Shown here: positions 37,323-47,021 of the stretch, piece by piece
Layout: each line of letters begins with the position of its first letter
Numbering within the stretch: position 1 is the first letter of the stretch
DNA from: Clostridiales bacterium
Lineage (GTDB): Bacteria; Bacillota; Clostridia; Christensenellales; UBA1750
Length of the DNA: 58,817 nucleotides
Assembly: GCA_015056005.1 (NCBI GenBank)
Contig: SVHB01000004.1
Coordinates: forward strand, 1 to 58,817
Direction of reading: 5' to 3'
Made by a program: the position numbers and the translations under genes
The notes under the pieces: model-generated
The model's input: only the letters and a program-made list of their open reading frames with translations
What the model was told of the DNA's origin: nothing
The model's database searches: none

Positions 37323-39341
37323 TTATTTCCTCTTTATCCAGTTTGCAAACGAATATTCGCCGCGGTAATTGCTGGCGTTGTAATGGGGGTATTTGTGGGG
37401 CGCGTATTCCATATCGCCCTCTGGCGCTTTACCATCCTGAGTGTAGATGTACATTTTGTACCTGTCCCAAACCACGATCTCATCGCGCTTGTCACCGGTT
37501 ATGTCGAGAACTTCCGCCGCAAGGGTGGGATGACCGTCGTCGGGGAATTCGACCACGAGCCTGCCCTGTCCGTCATAAAGCCCGCCGTATTTTTCCGAGC
37601 TGTTCATGAGTATGAGTTCGGTGCCGTCGCCCTGCCAGTTTACGGGGGTCACGATGTTGCCGTTTACGCCCTGTTCCATGTGCCAGAGCTCGTTGCCGTG
37701 ACCGTCGTAGAGGTAAACGATGCCCTGATTGCCCCAATAGGTCGTGCAGGCGATCTGAAGCCCTTCCATTTCGGGAATATAGTTTGCGATGCTTATCCTC
37801 TGACCGTGACCGTTGATATCGCGCAGGAGTATCTTTCCGTCCTTGGAAACTATCATGAAGCCTTCCCAGCCGGAAACGATGGCGATGACCTCGCCCTCAC
37901 CGGGGATGAGCTCGCCCACAACTATCTCATCGGTATGGTCGGTGTTTATGGGCAGCTTCCAGATAAGCTTGCCGTCGCTTGAGACCATGTTATAGCAGGA
38001 GAATATCTCGTCCCTTTTATCGCCGTTGAAATCATAGCCGAAGGGGAAATGCCCGGTGTTGAAATCGTTGAACATCCACTTGAAGTTCAGGTCTTTGTCA
38101 AACAGCCAGAGCCTTGCATACCTGTCCTTTATCATTATATCGGAAGGACGGTCATTGCCGGAAATATTTACTATGCGGATGGCGTCGATATTGAGCCTGT
38201 CAAAGGAATGACGCTTGAAATCCATGCCGCAGAGCTTTGCTGCGTCTTCCACGTTCTGAGGGGTGTGGATCTGCTTTTTGACCTGACCGGTCCTGCCGTC
38301 GAGAATAACGAGCTTGAAATCCATGCCGCAGATGACCTCGTCAAAGCCGTCGCCGTCGATATCGTAGATCTGCATGGGAAGGTCTGCGGTGAGCTGAGTG
38401 TTTTCGATCAGGTCGCTGGGCTCACCGATCTGCCAGAGCACCTCGCCCGTTTCCATCGATACCGCGGTCAGGCAGGAAATGAAAGCATAGCGGTCCTTGT
38501 ATACCCTCTTCTGGTTCTGCGCCATGATGAAGAAGAGCTCATCGGTGCCCAAGAGATGGCCAAACCTGATATGCCTGCCCGAGCCGAAGTTTTTAAGATC
38601 GATCACCTTGTGCAGGCGCATTTTGCTGTATTTTGCCCTCTGTACGGCAAGATCATCGGCATCGGCTTTTTCCTGATCCAAAATGCGATTGTATTCGGTT
38701 TCATCGCAGACAACTTTAAGCTCCTTATACTGCGCGGGCATGAATGAGGAGAGCGCAGCGCAGCCTTCTTTGTAGGTATCGTCGGATGCCTTGATCACAA
38801 GCTCGTCGTTTACATAGCAGCAGATGGTGCTGCCGGATACGCTGACCTTGAGAGTATAAAAGCTGTCGCAGTCATATTCAAAGGGCTTTTCATCTATGGT
38901 GGTGCGCTCAAATTTCACCGTTTTTTCAAGCAGTACACGGTCGTAGTAAAGATAAAAGCCGTAGTGCATCATGCTGGTCTGATAACGGAAAAGCAGACCG
39001 CAGGGACCGTCCTTGATAAGCGGACGGATAACGGCGGATACGGTATAATCGCGCCATTTTTTGCTGCCGGATACAAGCGCGGTGTTGGTACCGTAAATGG
39101 TGGGTTTATCTTCCCTTGGGATCATCCTTTGCTGCTCCATAAGGTGCCTGCCCTCGTAAGGGGTAATCAGCCAGCTGGGACCTGTGAAGCTGTAGCAGGA
39201 AATGGGGTCGTAAAAATTGCCCTGATATCCTTCGGGCGGATAATAGTGATATTCACCCATGGCAGAGTGCTGGGTGTCATAGGGGAACGCGCCGATGGGG
39301 AAATCGGAGAAATCCTCATAGAGCAAAGAAAATACCATCAA
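37323..39341 (-). CDS. cytoplasmic beta-propeller protein with FG-GAP/VCBS-like calcium-binding repeats and an N-terminal lectin-like domain (possibly polysaccharide-lyase-related)
   Basis: 672 aa, no signal peptide. Repeats DIDGDGFDEVICG, DFNGDKRDEIF and ITGDKRDEIVVWD. The product assignment is tentative. Confidence 0.6.
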   Translation of the reverse strand: MMVFSLLYEDFSDFPIGAFPYDTQHSAMGEYHYYPPEGYQGNFYDPISCYSFTGPSWLITPYEGRHLMEQQRMIPREDKPTIYGTNTALVSGSKKWRDYTVSAVIRPLIKDGPCGLLFRYQTSMMHYGFYLYYDRVLLEKTVKFERTTIDEKPFEYDCDSFYTLKVSVSGSTICCYVNDELVIKASDDTYKEGCAALSSFMPAQYKELKVVCDETEYNRILDQEKADADDLAVQRAKYSKMRLHKVIDLKNFGSGRHIRFGHLLGTDELFFIMAQNQKRVYKDRYAFISCLTAVSMETGEVLWQIGEPSDLIENTQLTADLPMQIYDIDGDGFDEVICGMDFKLVILDGRTGQVKKQIHTPQNVEDAAKLCGMDFKRHSFDRLNIDAIRIVNISGNDRPSDIMIKDRYARLWLFDKDLNFKWMFNDFNTGHFPFGYDFNGDKRDEIFSCYNMVSSDGKLIWKLPINTDHTDEIVVGELIPGEGEVIAIVSGWEGFMIVSKDGKILLRDINGHGQRISIANYIPEMEGLQIACTTYWGNQGIVYLYDGHGNELWHMEQGVNGNIVTPVNWQGDGTELILMNSSEKYGGLYDGQGRLVVEFPDDGHPTLAAEVLDITGDKRDEIVVWDRYKMYIYTQDGKAPEGDMEYAPHKYPHYNASNYRGEYSFANWIKRK

Positions 39342-39427
39342 AGCCCCTCCTAAAAGTAAAGATGCGGAAATTTTCGTAAAATTCTATATAATTATACATC
39401 CTTATGTAAAATAATTCAACGTTCTAT

Positions 39428-39455
39428 TTGCGCAAAGGGTTTTGTGTGGTATAAT
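39428..39455 (+). promoter_or_regulatory. candidate promoter of the DapA-family gene
   Basis: TTGCGC, 16-nt spacer, TGgTATAAT (extended -10). Confidence 0.55.
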
Positions 39456-39490
39456 GTGCTTATAAAAACTCTATCTCGGGAGGCATATAC

Positions 39491-40402
39491 ATGAAAGAAC
39501 TCAAAGGGCTCATAGTGGCAATGGCTACTCCGTTTGATGAAAACGAAGAGCTTGACTTTGCCGGTGTAAAGCCGCTTTGCGATAAATTGATCGAAGATGG
39601 CGCGGACGGCATTTTCTGCGCAGGCTCTATGGGTGAATGCGCGGCGCTTACTGTGACCGAGCGCGTTGAGATCGCGCTTGCGACCGTAAACGCGGTCGCG
39701 GGCAGGGTTCCCGTTGTTGCAGGCGTTGGCGATGTTACCACCAAGGCAGCCGTAGAAGCCGTAAAAAGGCTCAGGGGCAGCGGCGTTGATTTCATCTCCC
39801 TTGTTATGCCCTACTACCTGCGCCCCAGTCAGGAAGAGATGTACGCGCACGTGGCAGCAGTTATCGCAGCCAGCGATATCCCCGTTATGGCGTATAACAT
39901 TCCACAGAACACCGGCACCGATATTTCCGCTCAGATGCTGGGCAAGCTCTACCGCGAGGACGGTCTTATCGGCGCTAAGGATTCTTCCGGCGACCTTGCC
40001 AAGATGCAGGCTTTCATCGAAGCCACCGGCGACGATTTTGCCATGATCTGCGGCAGCGATCCCCATATCCTGACCTCTTTGACCATGGGCGCAAAGGGCG
40101 CTATTTCCGCCCCCGCAAACGCGCTCACCAGGATCTCTTCCGCCATATATGATCTTTATATGGCAGGAGACATGGAAGGCGCAAAGGCAGCTCAGGCCGA
40201 TTGGGATGTATTTACCTCCGCGATCGCAGCTACCGGCAGCTTCCCCTCTACCGTCAAGCGCGCCACCAATCACTTCACCGCGCCTGTCGGCCCCGCAAGG
40301 CGTCCGATGCTCCCCATCTGCGATAAAAAGTTCGCCGATGCGCTGGATGCGGTCAAGGACGTTTATGCAAAATACTACCCCACCCGCGGGCTCACTCTGT
40401 AA
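39491..40402 (+). CDS. dihydrodipicolinate synthase-family lyase (DapA/NanA-like aldolase)
   Basis: 303 aa. N-terminal GLIVAMATPF and GSMGE are typical of the DHDPS family. Confidence 0.85.
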   Translation: MKELKGLIVAMATPFDENEELDFAGVKPLCDKLIEDGADGIFCAGSMGECAALTVTERVEIALATVNAVAGRVPVVAGVGDVTTKAAVEAVKRLRGSGVDFISLVMPYYLRPSQEEMYAHVAAVIAASDIPVMAYNIPQNTGTDISAQMLGKLYREDGLIGAKDSSGDLAKMQAFIEATGDDFAMICGSDPHILTSLTMGAKGAISAPANALTRISSAIYDLYMAGDMEGAKAAQADWDVFTSAIAATGSFPSTVKRATNHFTAPVGPARRPMLPICDKKFADALDAVKDVYAKYYPTRGLTL

Positions 40403-40422
40403 TTCATTTGGAGGATAATAAA

Positions 40423-42210
40423 ATGGCAGACATCAAGAAAAGAAGCGAAATAGAAAAGTCGAAGACTTGGGCTATCGAAGACATTTTTGCAACCATCGAG
40501 GATTGGGAAAAGGAATTTGCAGCCCTTGCAAACGACATCAATGTTATGGGCACCTTCTCCGGCAGGCTGACCGAAAGCGCTCAGACTCTTTATGATTTCT
40601 TCAGCACCGAAGAAAAGCTGATGATCCGCATCGGCAACCTCAGGACCTATGCTATGATGTATCAGGATCAGGATACCGGCAACTCTGAGGCATCCGCAAT
40701 GAGCGAGAGGGCAATGGGCCTTATCGTGAAGGCAAACGCTCTGGTCTCCTTCTCAGAGCCCCAGCTGCTTGCCGCTCCCGACGGACTTATCGAAGGCTTC
40801 ATAAACGAATATGAGCCCCTCAAGGAATACAAGTTCGAGATCGAAAAGATCCTGAGGATGCGCGCTCATACCCTTGACGAGGCAGGCGAAAAGCTCCTTG
40901 CTCAGGCAGGCGAAGCTCTTGCTACCCCCAGAAACGTATACACCATGCTCACCAACGCCGATCTTACCTTCCCCGAAGTTTCCGACGGCAAGGGCGGCAA
41001 GACCAAGCTTTCTCACTCCCGCTTCATCCCCATGCTGGAAAACCCCGACAGGGCTGTTCGCGAAGAGGCATACAAGGCTTATTATGATACCTACAAGACC
41101 ATCAAGAACACCACCGCAGCTTCCTATGCAGGCCTTGTAAAATCCCGTGCCTTTAACGCAAAGGTACGCGGCTACGAAAGCACTCTTGAAGCTTCCCTCT
41201 ATCCCCTTGCTATCCCGCTGGATGTTTATACCTCCCTTGTCGATGCCATGCACGACGGCGTGAAGTATTTCAACGAGTATATGGACCTGCGCGCAAAGCT
41301 CCTCGGCGTTGACAAGCTCCGCTATTACGATCTGTATGTACCGCTGTTTGAATACGACGGCATGGTGACCTTTGAAGAAGCAAGAGAGAACATCCAGAAG
41401 GCTCTGGCTCCCCTTGGCGAAGAATATGTCCGCGACAGCGCGCATGCGTTTGATGATCGCTGGATCGATATGTGCGAAAATCAGGGCAAGCGCAGCGGCG
41501 CTTACTGCACCGGCGCATACGGCGTGCATCCCTACATCCTTTGCTCTTATCAGAATACTCTGGATAATATGTTCACCGTTTCCCATGAGCTGGGTCATGC
41601 GATGCATACCTTCTATTCTTCCAAGAATAACGGCTATTTCGCATCTCATTACTCCATCTTCCTTGCCGAAGTTGCTTCCACCACCAATGAGATGCTGATG
41701 GCAAGATATCGCATCGACAACGCTACCTGCAAGGAAGAAAAGCAGTATCTTTTGAACCATCTGCTTGAAACCATGCGCACTACCATGTACCGCCAGACTC
41801 TGTTTGCAGACTTTGAGCTCAGAGCACATCAGGCCTATGCAAACGGCACCGCGCTTACCTCCGACTTCCTCTCCAACCTCTATAAGCAGGTCAACCTTGA
41901 GTACTATCCCACCGTTGAGATGGATGACTACATCCCCTACGAATGGTCCAGGATCCCCCATTTCTATACCGCTTACTATGTATACCAGTATTCCACCGGT
42001 ATCGCAGCTGCGGTCAAGTTCTCCAGCGATATCTATAACAAGGTTCCCGGTGCGCTTGAGAAATATCTCGGCTTCCTGAGCGCCGGCGGCACCAAGTACC
42101 CCATCGACGTGCTCAAGGATGCAGGTCTTGATATGACCAAACCCGATACCGTACGTCAGGCTCTCGAATTCTTCAAGGAAATTTTGGACGAGCTCAAGGC
42201 TACTTTATAA
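40423..42210 (+). CDS. pepF: oligoendopeptidase F (M3B)
   Basis: HELGHAMH zinc motif. Start set at ATG 40423, which follows the SD GGAGGA. Confidence 0.9.
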   Translation: MADIKKRSEIEKSKTWAIEDIFATIEDWEKEFAALANDINVMGTFSGRLTESAQTLYDFFSTEEKLMIRIGNLRTYAMMYQDQDTGNSEASAMSERAMGLIVKANALVSFSEPQLLAAPDGLIEGFINEYEPLKEYKFEIEKILRMRAHTLDEAGEKLLAQAGEALATPRNVYTMLTNADLTFPEVSDGKGGKTKLSHSRFIPMLENPDRAVREEAYKAYYDTYKTIKNTTAASYAGLVKSRAFNAKVRGYESTLEASLYPLAIPLDVYTSLVDAMHDGVKYFNEYMDLRAKLLGVDKLRYYDLYVPLFEYDGMVTFEEARENIQKALAPLGEEYVRDSAHAFDDRWIDMCENQGKRSGAYCTGAYGVHPYILCSYQNTLDNMFTVSHELGHAMHTFYSSKNNGYFASHYSIFLAEVASTTNEMLMARYRIDNATCKEEKQYLLNHLLETMRTTMYRQTLFADFELRAHQAYANGTALTSDFLSNLYKQVNLEYYPTVEMDDYIPYEWSRIPHFYTAYYVYQYSTGIAAAVKFSSDIYNKVPGALEKYLGFLSAGGTKYPIDVLKDAGLDMTKPDTVRQALEFFKEILDELKATL

Positions 42211-42221
42211 GGAGAATATCA

Positions 42222-42563
42222 ATGCAGGGTTACGATAAGAAGGAAGCGGTGGAATATATCGTTTCCAAGATCGACAGAAGCGAGCTTGCGGGTGTTTCCG
42301 AAAACCGCATCAGATCGCTTGTTCAAAAGGCAATAGAGCTGGATTTTGAGTATATGGAAGAAAACGGCGTGCTCAAGGGCGGCATGATGGGCGACAGCTT
42401 CTATGACGACGACGATGCATACGATTTCATCTGCGAAAACCTTTTAAGAGAGATCGGCGCCGATGACGACGAAGAGCTCATCATAGCTCATGTGGTCGAT
42501 GCATATATGGACTGCCAGCAGGATTATATGCAGGAGCGCGGTCTGCTTCAGTGGGAAGACTGA
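42222..42563 (+). CDS. hypothetical small acidic protein
   Basis: 113-aa ORF, SD AAGGAGAA, tightly packed between pepF and the sirtuin gene. I recognise no family. Confidence 0.55.
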   Translation: MQGYDKKEAVEYIVSKIDRSELAGVSENRIRSLVQKAIELDFEYMEENGVLKGGMMGDSFYDDDDAYDFICENLLREIGADDDEELIIAHVVDAYMDCQQDYMQERGLLQWED

Positions 42564-42569
42564 TAAGCT

Positions 42570-43289
42570 ATGTCAAATGAGCTTCAAAGCCTCATAGATA
42601 ATGCGGGCAGGATAGTGTTTTTCGGCGGTGCGGGGGTTTCGACTGAATCGGGAATTCCGGATTTCAGGAGCGTGGACGGTCTTTATAACCAAAAATACGA
42701 TCATCCGCCGGAAACGATACTCTCACATACCTATTTTAAGTATTATACTGAGGAATTCTTCCGCTTTTACCGCGATAAGATGCTCTATCTTGACGCAAAG
42801 CCAAACGACGCACATATAAAGCTTGCCCGCCTTGAAAAAGCGGGCAAGCTGCTTGCAGTTGTTACTCAGAATATTGACGGGCTGCATCAGATGGCGGGCA
42901 GCAAGACCGTGTATGAGCTGCACGGCAGCGTGCATAGGAATCACTGTACCCGCTGCAAAAGAGCGTATGGCGTTGAAGCCATAGCTCAAAGCACGGGCGT
43001 GCCCAGATGTTCATTTTGCGGCGGGATCATTAAGCCCGATGTGGTGCTTTATGAAGAAAGCCTGCCCGAGCGGGCGCTGAGCCACGCGATATCGGCAATA
43101 AGAGCCGCAGACCTTCTGATAATAGGAGGCACCTCTATGACCGTATATCCCGCAGCAGGGCTCATAGAGCATTTCAGGCGCGGGAAGATAGTGCTCATAA
43201 ACCGCGACCCGACAGCCTATGACGGCAGAGCCGACCTTATCATAAGGGACAGGATCGGTCAGGTGTTTTCAAAAATCGAGATAAGATGA
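42570..43289 (+). CDS. NAD-dependent protein deacylase (Sir2/CobB type)
   Basis: GAGVSTESGIPDFRS and QNIDGLH motifs. Zn ribbon CTRC...CSFCGG. 239 aa. Confidence 0.9.
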   Translation: MSNELQSLIDNAGRIVFFGGAGVSTESGIPDFRSVDGLYNQKYDHPPETILSHTYFKYYTEEFFRFYRDKMLYLDAKPNDAHIKLARLEKAGKLLAVVTQNIDGLHQMAGSKTVYELHGSVHRNHCTRCKRAYGVEAIAQSTGVPRCSFCGGIIKPDVVLYEESLPERALSHAISAIRAADLLIIGGTSMTVYPAAGLIEHFRRGKIVLINRDPTAYDGRADLIIRDRIGQVFSKIEIR

Positions 43290-44291
43290 TCATCCCTCAT
43301 AGCGCTTGATAAGGCTGATTTTATCGTTTTCAAACTCAAATGCGTATACGCTTGCCGTGTACGCATTTTTTGCGCTGTTTTTTATCAGCGCTATGACCGC
43401 GCCTGCGTTTATCCCCGGACAGTACCTCGCCTTTTCGGCTCTTTCAAAATCGCCCAAAAACGCGCTTAGCATGGTAAAATCAAGATCGTTTGCGTAGCTT
43501 TCGCTCAAATAGCCCATTGCTTCTTCTTCAAGACCAAGCGACACTGCCTGAGCAAGCGCCAGCGCCGTGTCGGTATGGTCAAGCTGAGAGGGCTTTTCAA
43601 GCACGGTGATCTCTTCCTGTATTTTTTTGAGCCTGCCCGAATCCTCTGAAAGCGCGGTGAGCTTTATATGACCCATAATATCGTAAAGATCATCCCTGCA
43701 AAGCAGCTGTCTGCTTTCTATCCTGAGCCTTGTGCCCGATTCGTCGGCAAGCAGTTTGATCTCATCGCCCTCTTTTTTCAGCAGAATAAGCCGCTGTTTT
43801 CCGTCTTCGATATCGCAAAGCAGCCCTACGCAGGGAAGCGGCGAGGAGAGCTCTCTGACGGAGCCTGTCAGCCCGTCTTTTATGTCGTATTCAAACAGGT
43901 TTTGGTCGTATTCGGTGCTCTGCGCCCTGAGCTTAAGCCCGCTGCCCTTGTATAGCGCGTATTCGATGCCGTCCGATATGATGGAATCGATCTTTTCCCA
44001 AGGCAGAACAGCTTTTATGGGCAGACATTTTATGAATATCTCGCTTATCCCGTCGGGCCAGACGATGTGCTCAAATTCGCAGTCCTCCAAAAGCGGCGCT
44101 CCTGCGTTAAAACTCAGCTTGACCGAGCAGGGCAGGAATTCTCCCTCGGGAAGCACGGTTATGAATACATCCCCGAATGACGCGGCAGGCAAGGACAGCG
44201 CCCCGCCCGCGTTCCCCGAAGGCCTTCCGTTAATCAGCACAAGTCCCTTTACATCCGTATGTATCACTATCATCGGCACAGCCGTAATCAT
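43290..44291 (-). CDS. hypothetical protein
   Basis: 333-aa ORF with compositional coding character. I recognise no motif. Its stop directly abuts the sirtuin stop. Confidence 0.6.
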   Translation of the reverse strand: MITAVPMIVIHTDVKGLVLINGRPSGNAGGALSLPAASFGDVFITVLPEGEFLPCSVKLSFNAGAPLLEDCEFEHIVWPDGISEIFIKCLPIKAVLPWEKIDSIISDGIEYALYKGSGLKLRAQSTEYDQNLFEYDIKDGLTGSVRELSSPLPCVGLLCDIEDGKQRLILLKKEGDEIKLLADESGTRLRIESRQLLCRDDLYDIMGHIKLTALSEDSGRLKKIQEEITVLEKPSQLDHTDTALALAQAVSLGLEEEAMGYLSESYANDLDFTMLSAFLGDFERAEKARYCPGINAGAVIALIKNSAKNAYTASVYAFEFENDKISLIKRYEG

Positions 44292-44337
44292 ATCAATACA
44301 CCTCCAAGAGATTTTATTCGCATGCGGTGATCGATAT

Positions 44338-44925
44338 GCTTTTTGTGGGGGTTTGTTTTTTGGGGAAGGGTTTCACCCTTCCCCAAACCCCATCTGACCA
44401 GAGGATTGCATCCTCTGGACTCCGCGGCATTTGGGATCAGGGAATTTAGGCTTTTGCGTCGACGTGGCCGTAAAGGGTGGCCACGTCGAGGATGGCTGAG
44501 TGCTTATTCAAACAGGGTCAAAGTATTTTGCGTGCGCGGATTCCTCGTTCGCGAAATTTATGACGGCTGAAGAATTGGTTACTCTGATAAGCCGCAAAAG
44601 CCCTCTCGCGCACATATCGCAGCCGAAGGCTATATCGCGCGCCGAAGGCGCATATCGCTGCGCCAAAGGCGCAATCTTTCCACGCCGGCATTGGCTGCCG
44701 CAGCATAACCCTCTTCCATATACCGCGAATCCCATCCCACTGCCTGACCCTCCTGAAAATAAATCACGAGGAACCCATACTTTACGGGTTCCTCGTAGGC
44801 TAACGTATAAAATTACTTGATCAAAAAGCCGCGGGATCCAAGGGTTGCAAACCCTTGGTCAGGTGGGTTTTAGGGAGGGCTGAAAGCCATCCCTAACGTC
44901 TCCCTAACGTCCCCCTCGTCTCCCC
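44338..44925. repeat. mosaic hairpin element, locus R4 (complete copy with both arms)
   Basis: Left arm: hp1 44362-44384, pal2 44398-44418, hp3 44461-44487. Cargo: GTATTTTGCGTGCGCGG box and ATATCGC array at 44614-44673. Right arm: hp3 44768-44794, pal2 44838-44858, hp1 44872-44894. Confidence 0.9.
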
Positions 44926-45675
44926 CTACTTGATCGGCAGCCACTTTAACACGTGGCGGATGTACTCATCCCAGAAATCCCAGTTATGGACGCCGGGACC
45001 TTCTTCGTAGGTGAGGTCGATCCTGTCCTTGAACCTGTCGCGGAAGGCGGTATTGGACAGATAGAGGAAATCCTCGGTGCCGCAGGCCTGATAGAACCTG
45101 GGCAGGGAAGCACCCTCGGCGATGAGCTTTTCAAGCTGAGCGATGATATCGTTCTCACTGCCGCGGGTGTTCTCGCCGAAAACGGAAAAGAACTCGGGGC
45201 TTGTATTGCGATCCATGATAGCTGCAACATCAACTGCACCGGAGAGGGACGCAACAGCGGCGAACTTGTCGTGGCAGAGCACGCCGAGCTTGAAAGCGCC
45301 GTAGCCGCCCATGGAAAGACCGGCAGCAAAGGTATCCTCGCGCTTAGTGGAGATCGGGAACATGGAAGCGCAGATGGCGGGAAGCTCCTTGCTCACGAAA
45401 TCAAAATACTTGTAGCCCGATACTGTGTTGGTATAGAATGCGCGGTGGGTGGTGGGCATAACGACGATGAGATCCTTGCCGTTTACGTATTCCTCTATCC
45501 TCGTCTTGCGATGCCATGCGCTCTGATCGTCGGAAAGGCCATGGAGCAAATAAAGCACAGGGTATTCTTTTCTTTCGGTCGGGGTGGGGTACTGCGCCTT
45601 TTCGGGGATGATGACGTCCATGCCCATAGCGAGCTGCAGCGCCTGAGAACGGAAATTCACATGAAGTAATGCCAT
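44926..45675 (-). CDS. esterase-family alpha/beta hydrolase (esterase D / S-formylglutathione hydrolase-like)
   Basis: 249 aa. Nucleophile elbow GLSMGGYGA. Confidence 0.85.
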   Translation of the reverse strand: MALLHVNFRSQALQLAMGMDVIIPEKAQYPTPTERKEYPVLYLLHGLSDDQSAWHRKTRIEEYVNGKDLIVVMPTTHRAFYTNTVSGYKYFDFVSKELPAICASMFPISTKREDTFAAGLSMGGYGAFKLGVLCHDKFAAVASLSGAVDVAAIMDRNTSPEFFSVFGENTRGSENDIIAQLEKLIAEGASLPRFYQACGTEDFLYLSNTAFRDRFKDRIDLTYEEGPGVHNWDFWDEYIRHVLKWLPIK

Positions 45676-45688
45676 CGTGTTTGCCTCC

Positions 45689-46288
45689 TTATATGTCGTT
45701 TGTTTTTATAAACTCGTTAAGCTTTTTAAGATCCGATTCGTAAACCTCTCTTAAACTGCGGTTGTAGATAACCGCTGCGGGATGATATATGGGGTAAACT
45801 CTAAACCCCGCTGGCACGAGCGTGAATTCGCCGTGGAATTTACCGATAACAGCGCTTTTTTGTTCCGATATCGCCCTGAGCGCTACGTTACCGAGGGTAA
45901 CGATCAGCTTGGGCTTGATTATGGAAAGCTCCTTTTTGAGCCAGGGTGCAAACAAAGCCAGCTCCTCAGCATTTGGTGCGCGGTTTATTGTCCGACCTGC
46001 GCGCGATATCGCCGTGGGGCGTACCTTGACCGTGTTGGTTATGTAAAGCGAGCTGCGCGCGATTCCCGACAGCTGTAAAAATTCGTCAAGTACGCGCCCT
46101 GCTTTGCCGACAAACGGACGACCTTCAAGCGCTTCCTGTTCTCCCGGCGCTTCGCCTATGAGCACTATCGAGCTTTGGGCGCTTCCATCGCCCCGTACAA
46201 GGCGCTTTTTGTCGGGCGCGTAAAGAACGGCGATCTGCGCTTCCATCTTTTCGTAAAGCGAGGCGAGTTCCTTTTCCTTATTCGTCAT
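45689..46288 (-). CDS. family-4-like uracil-DNA glycosylase paralogue lacking the N-terminal Cys cluster
   Basis: GEAPGEQEALEGRPFVGKAG and YHPAA motifs. Start set at ATG 46288, overlapping the upstream gene by 11 nt. Confidence 0.8.
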   Translation of the reverse strand: MTNKEKELASLYEKMEAQIAVLYAPDKKRLVRGDGSAQSSIVLIGEAPGEQEALEGRPFVGKAGRVLDEFLQLSGIARSSLYITNTVKVRPTAISRAGRTINRAPNAEELALFAPWLKKELSIIKPKLIVTLGNVALRAISEQKSAVIGKFHGEFTLVPAGFRVYPIYHPAAVIYNRSLREVYESDLKKLNEFIKTNDI

Positions 46289-46874
46289 CTGTGCTTCTTT
46301 CCGGGGAAATCCCAAGTTCCTTCATCTTGTCGCGGATGGATTTGAAATCCGCCCACGCAAGGCGCTTTTGCGATTGATCGCGCAGAAGATAGGATGGGTG
46401 GAAGGTGGCGATCATGTGAAGCCCCTTTCGTTCTACCCATATCCCGCGCTGCTTGGTTATGGCGATGTTTGAATCGATGAGGTATTTTGCCGCAGTCGCG
46501 CCAAGAGCAACGATTATCTTTGGCCTCACGAGCCTTACCTGCTCCCTGAAATACGGCATGCACACCTGCGCTTCCTCGGGCAGGGGCGTGCGGTTTCTGG
46601 GCGGACGGCATTTGATTATATTGGTGATATATGTATTTTCGCGGTTCAGATGTATGGAGTTCATCATCTGATCCAAAAGCTGACCCGATGCGCCCACAAA
46701 AGGTCTGCCCTGATAATCCTCCTCGGCGCCGGGAGCCTCGCCCACAAACATAATATCTGCCTCGGGGTTGCCCATACCGGGCACGGTGTTGATCCTGGTC
46801 TTACAAAGCTCACAGTTTCGGCATGCATCTATCCGTTCAAACAAATCTGCCCATTTATCTTCCATTGCCTTCAC
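46278..46874 (-). CDS. family-4 uracil-DNA glycosylase (Fe-S type)
   Basis: N-terminal CRNCELC. GEAPGAEEDYQGRPFVGASG and FHPSYLLR motifs. Confidence 0.85.
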   Translation of the reverse strand: MKAMEDKWADLFERIDACRNCELCKTRINTVPGMGNPEADIMFVGEAPGAEEDYQGRPFVGASGQLLDQMMNSIHLNRENTYITNIIKCRPPRNRTPLPEEAQVCMPYFREQVRLVRPKIIVALGATAAKYLIDSNIAITKQRGIWVERKGLHMIATFHPSYLLRDQSQKRLAWADFKSIRDKMKELGISPERSTDDE

Positions 46875-47021
46875 CGCCTTGATAATATATGTGAAATATG
46901 TATTCCATATAATATATTATAATGAGAATTATTAAAAAATCAATAATGCCTTTATTTGTGTAAGAAATTGTGGTAAAATATCATTTGCGGTTTGCGCAAT
47001 ACTTTGTTTGGTTTTGTACGG

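Noticed and set aside
42570-44291. A Sir2-domain gene plus adjacent unknown genes as a possible anti-phage defence module (Thoeris/DSR-like).
   Set aside because: The Sir2 protein is a compact 239-aa CobB-type deacylase with an intact Zn ribbon and NAD motifs. It has no extra effector or sensor domains. The neighbour is convergent, not co-transcribed.
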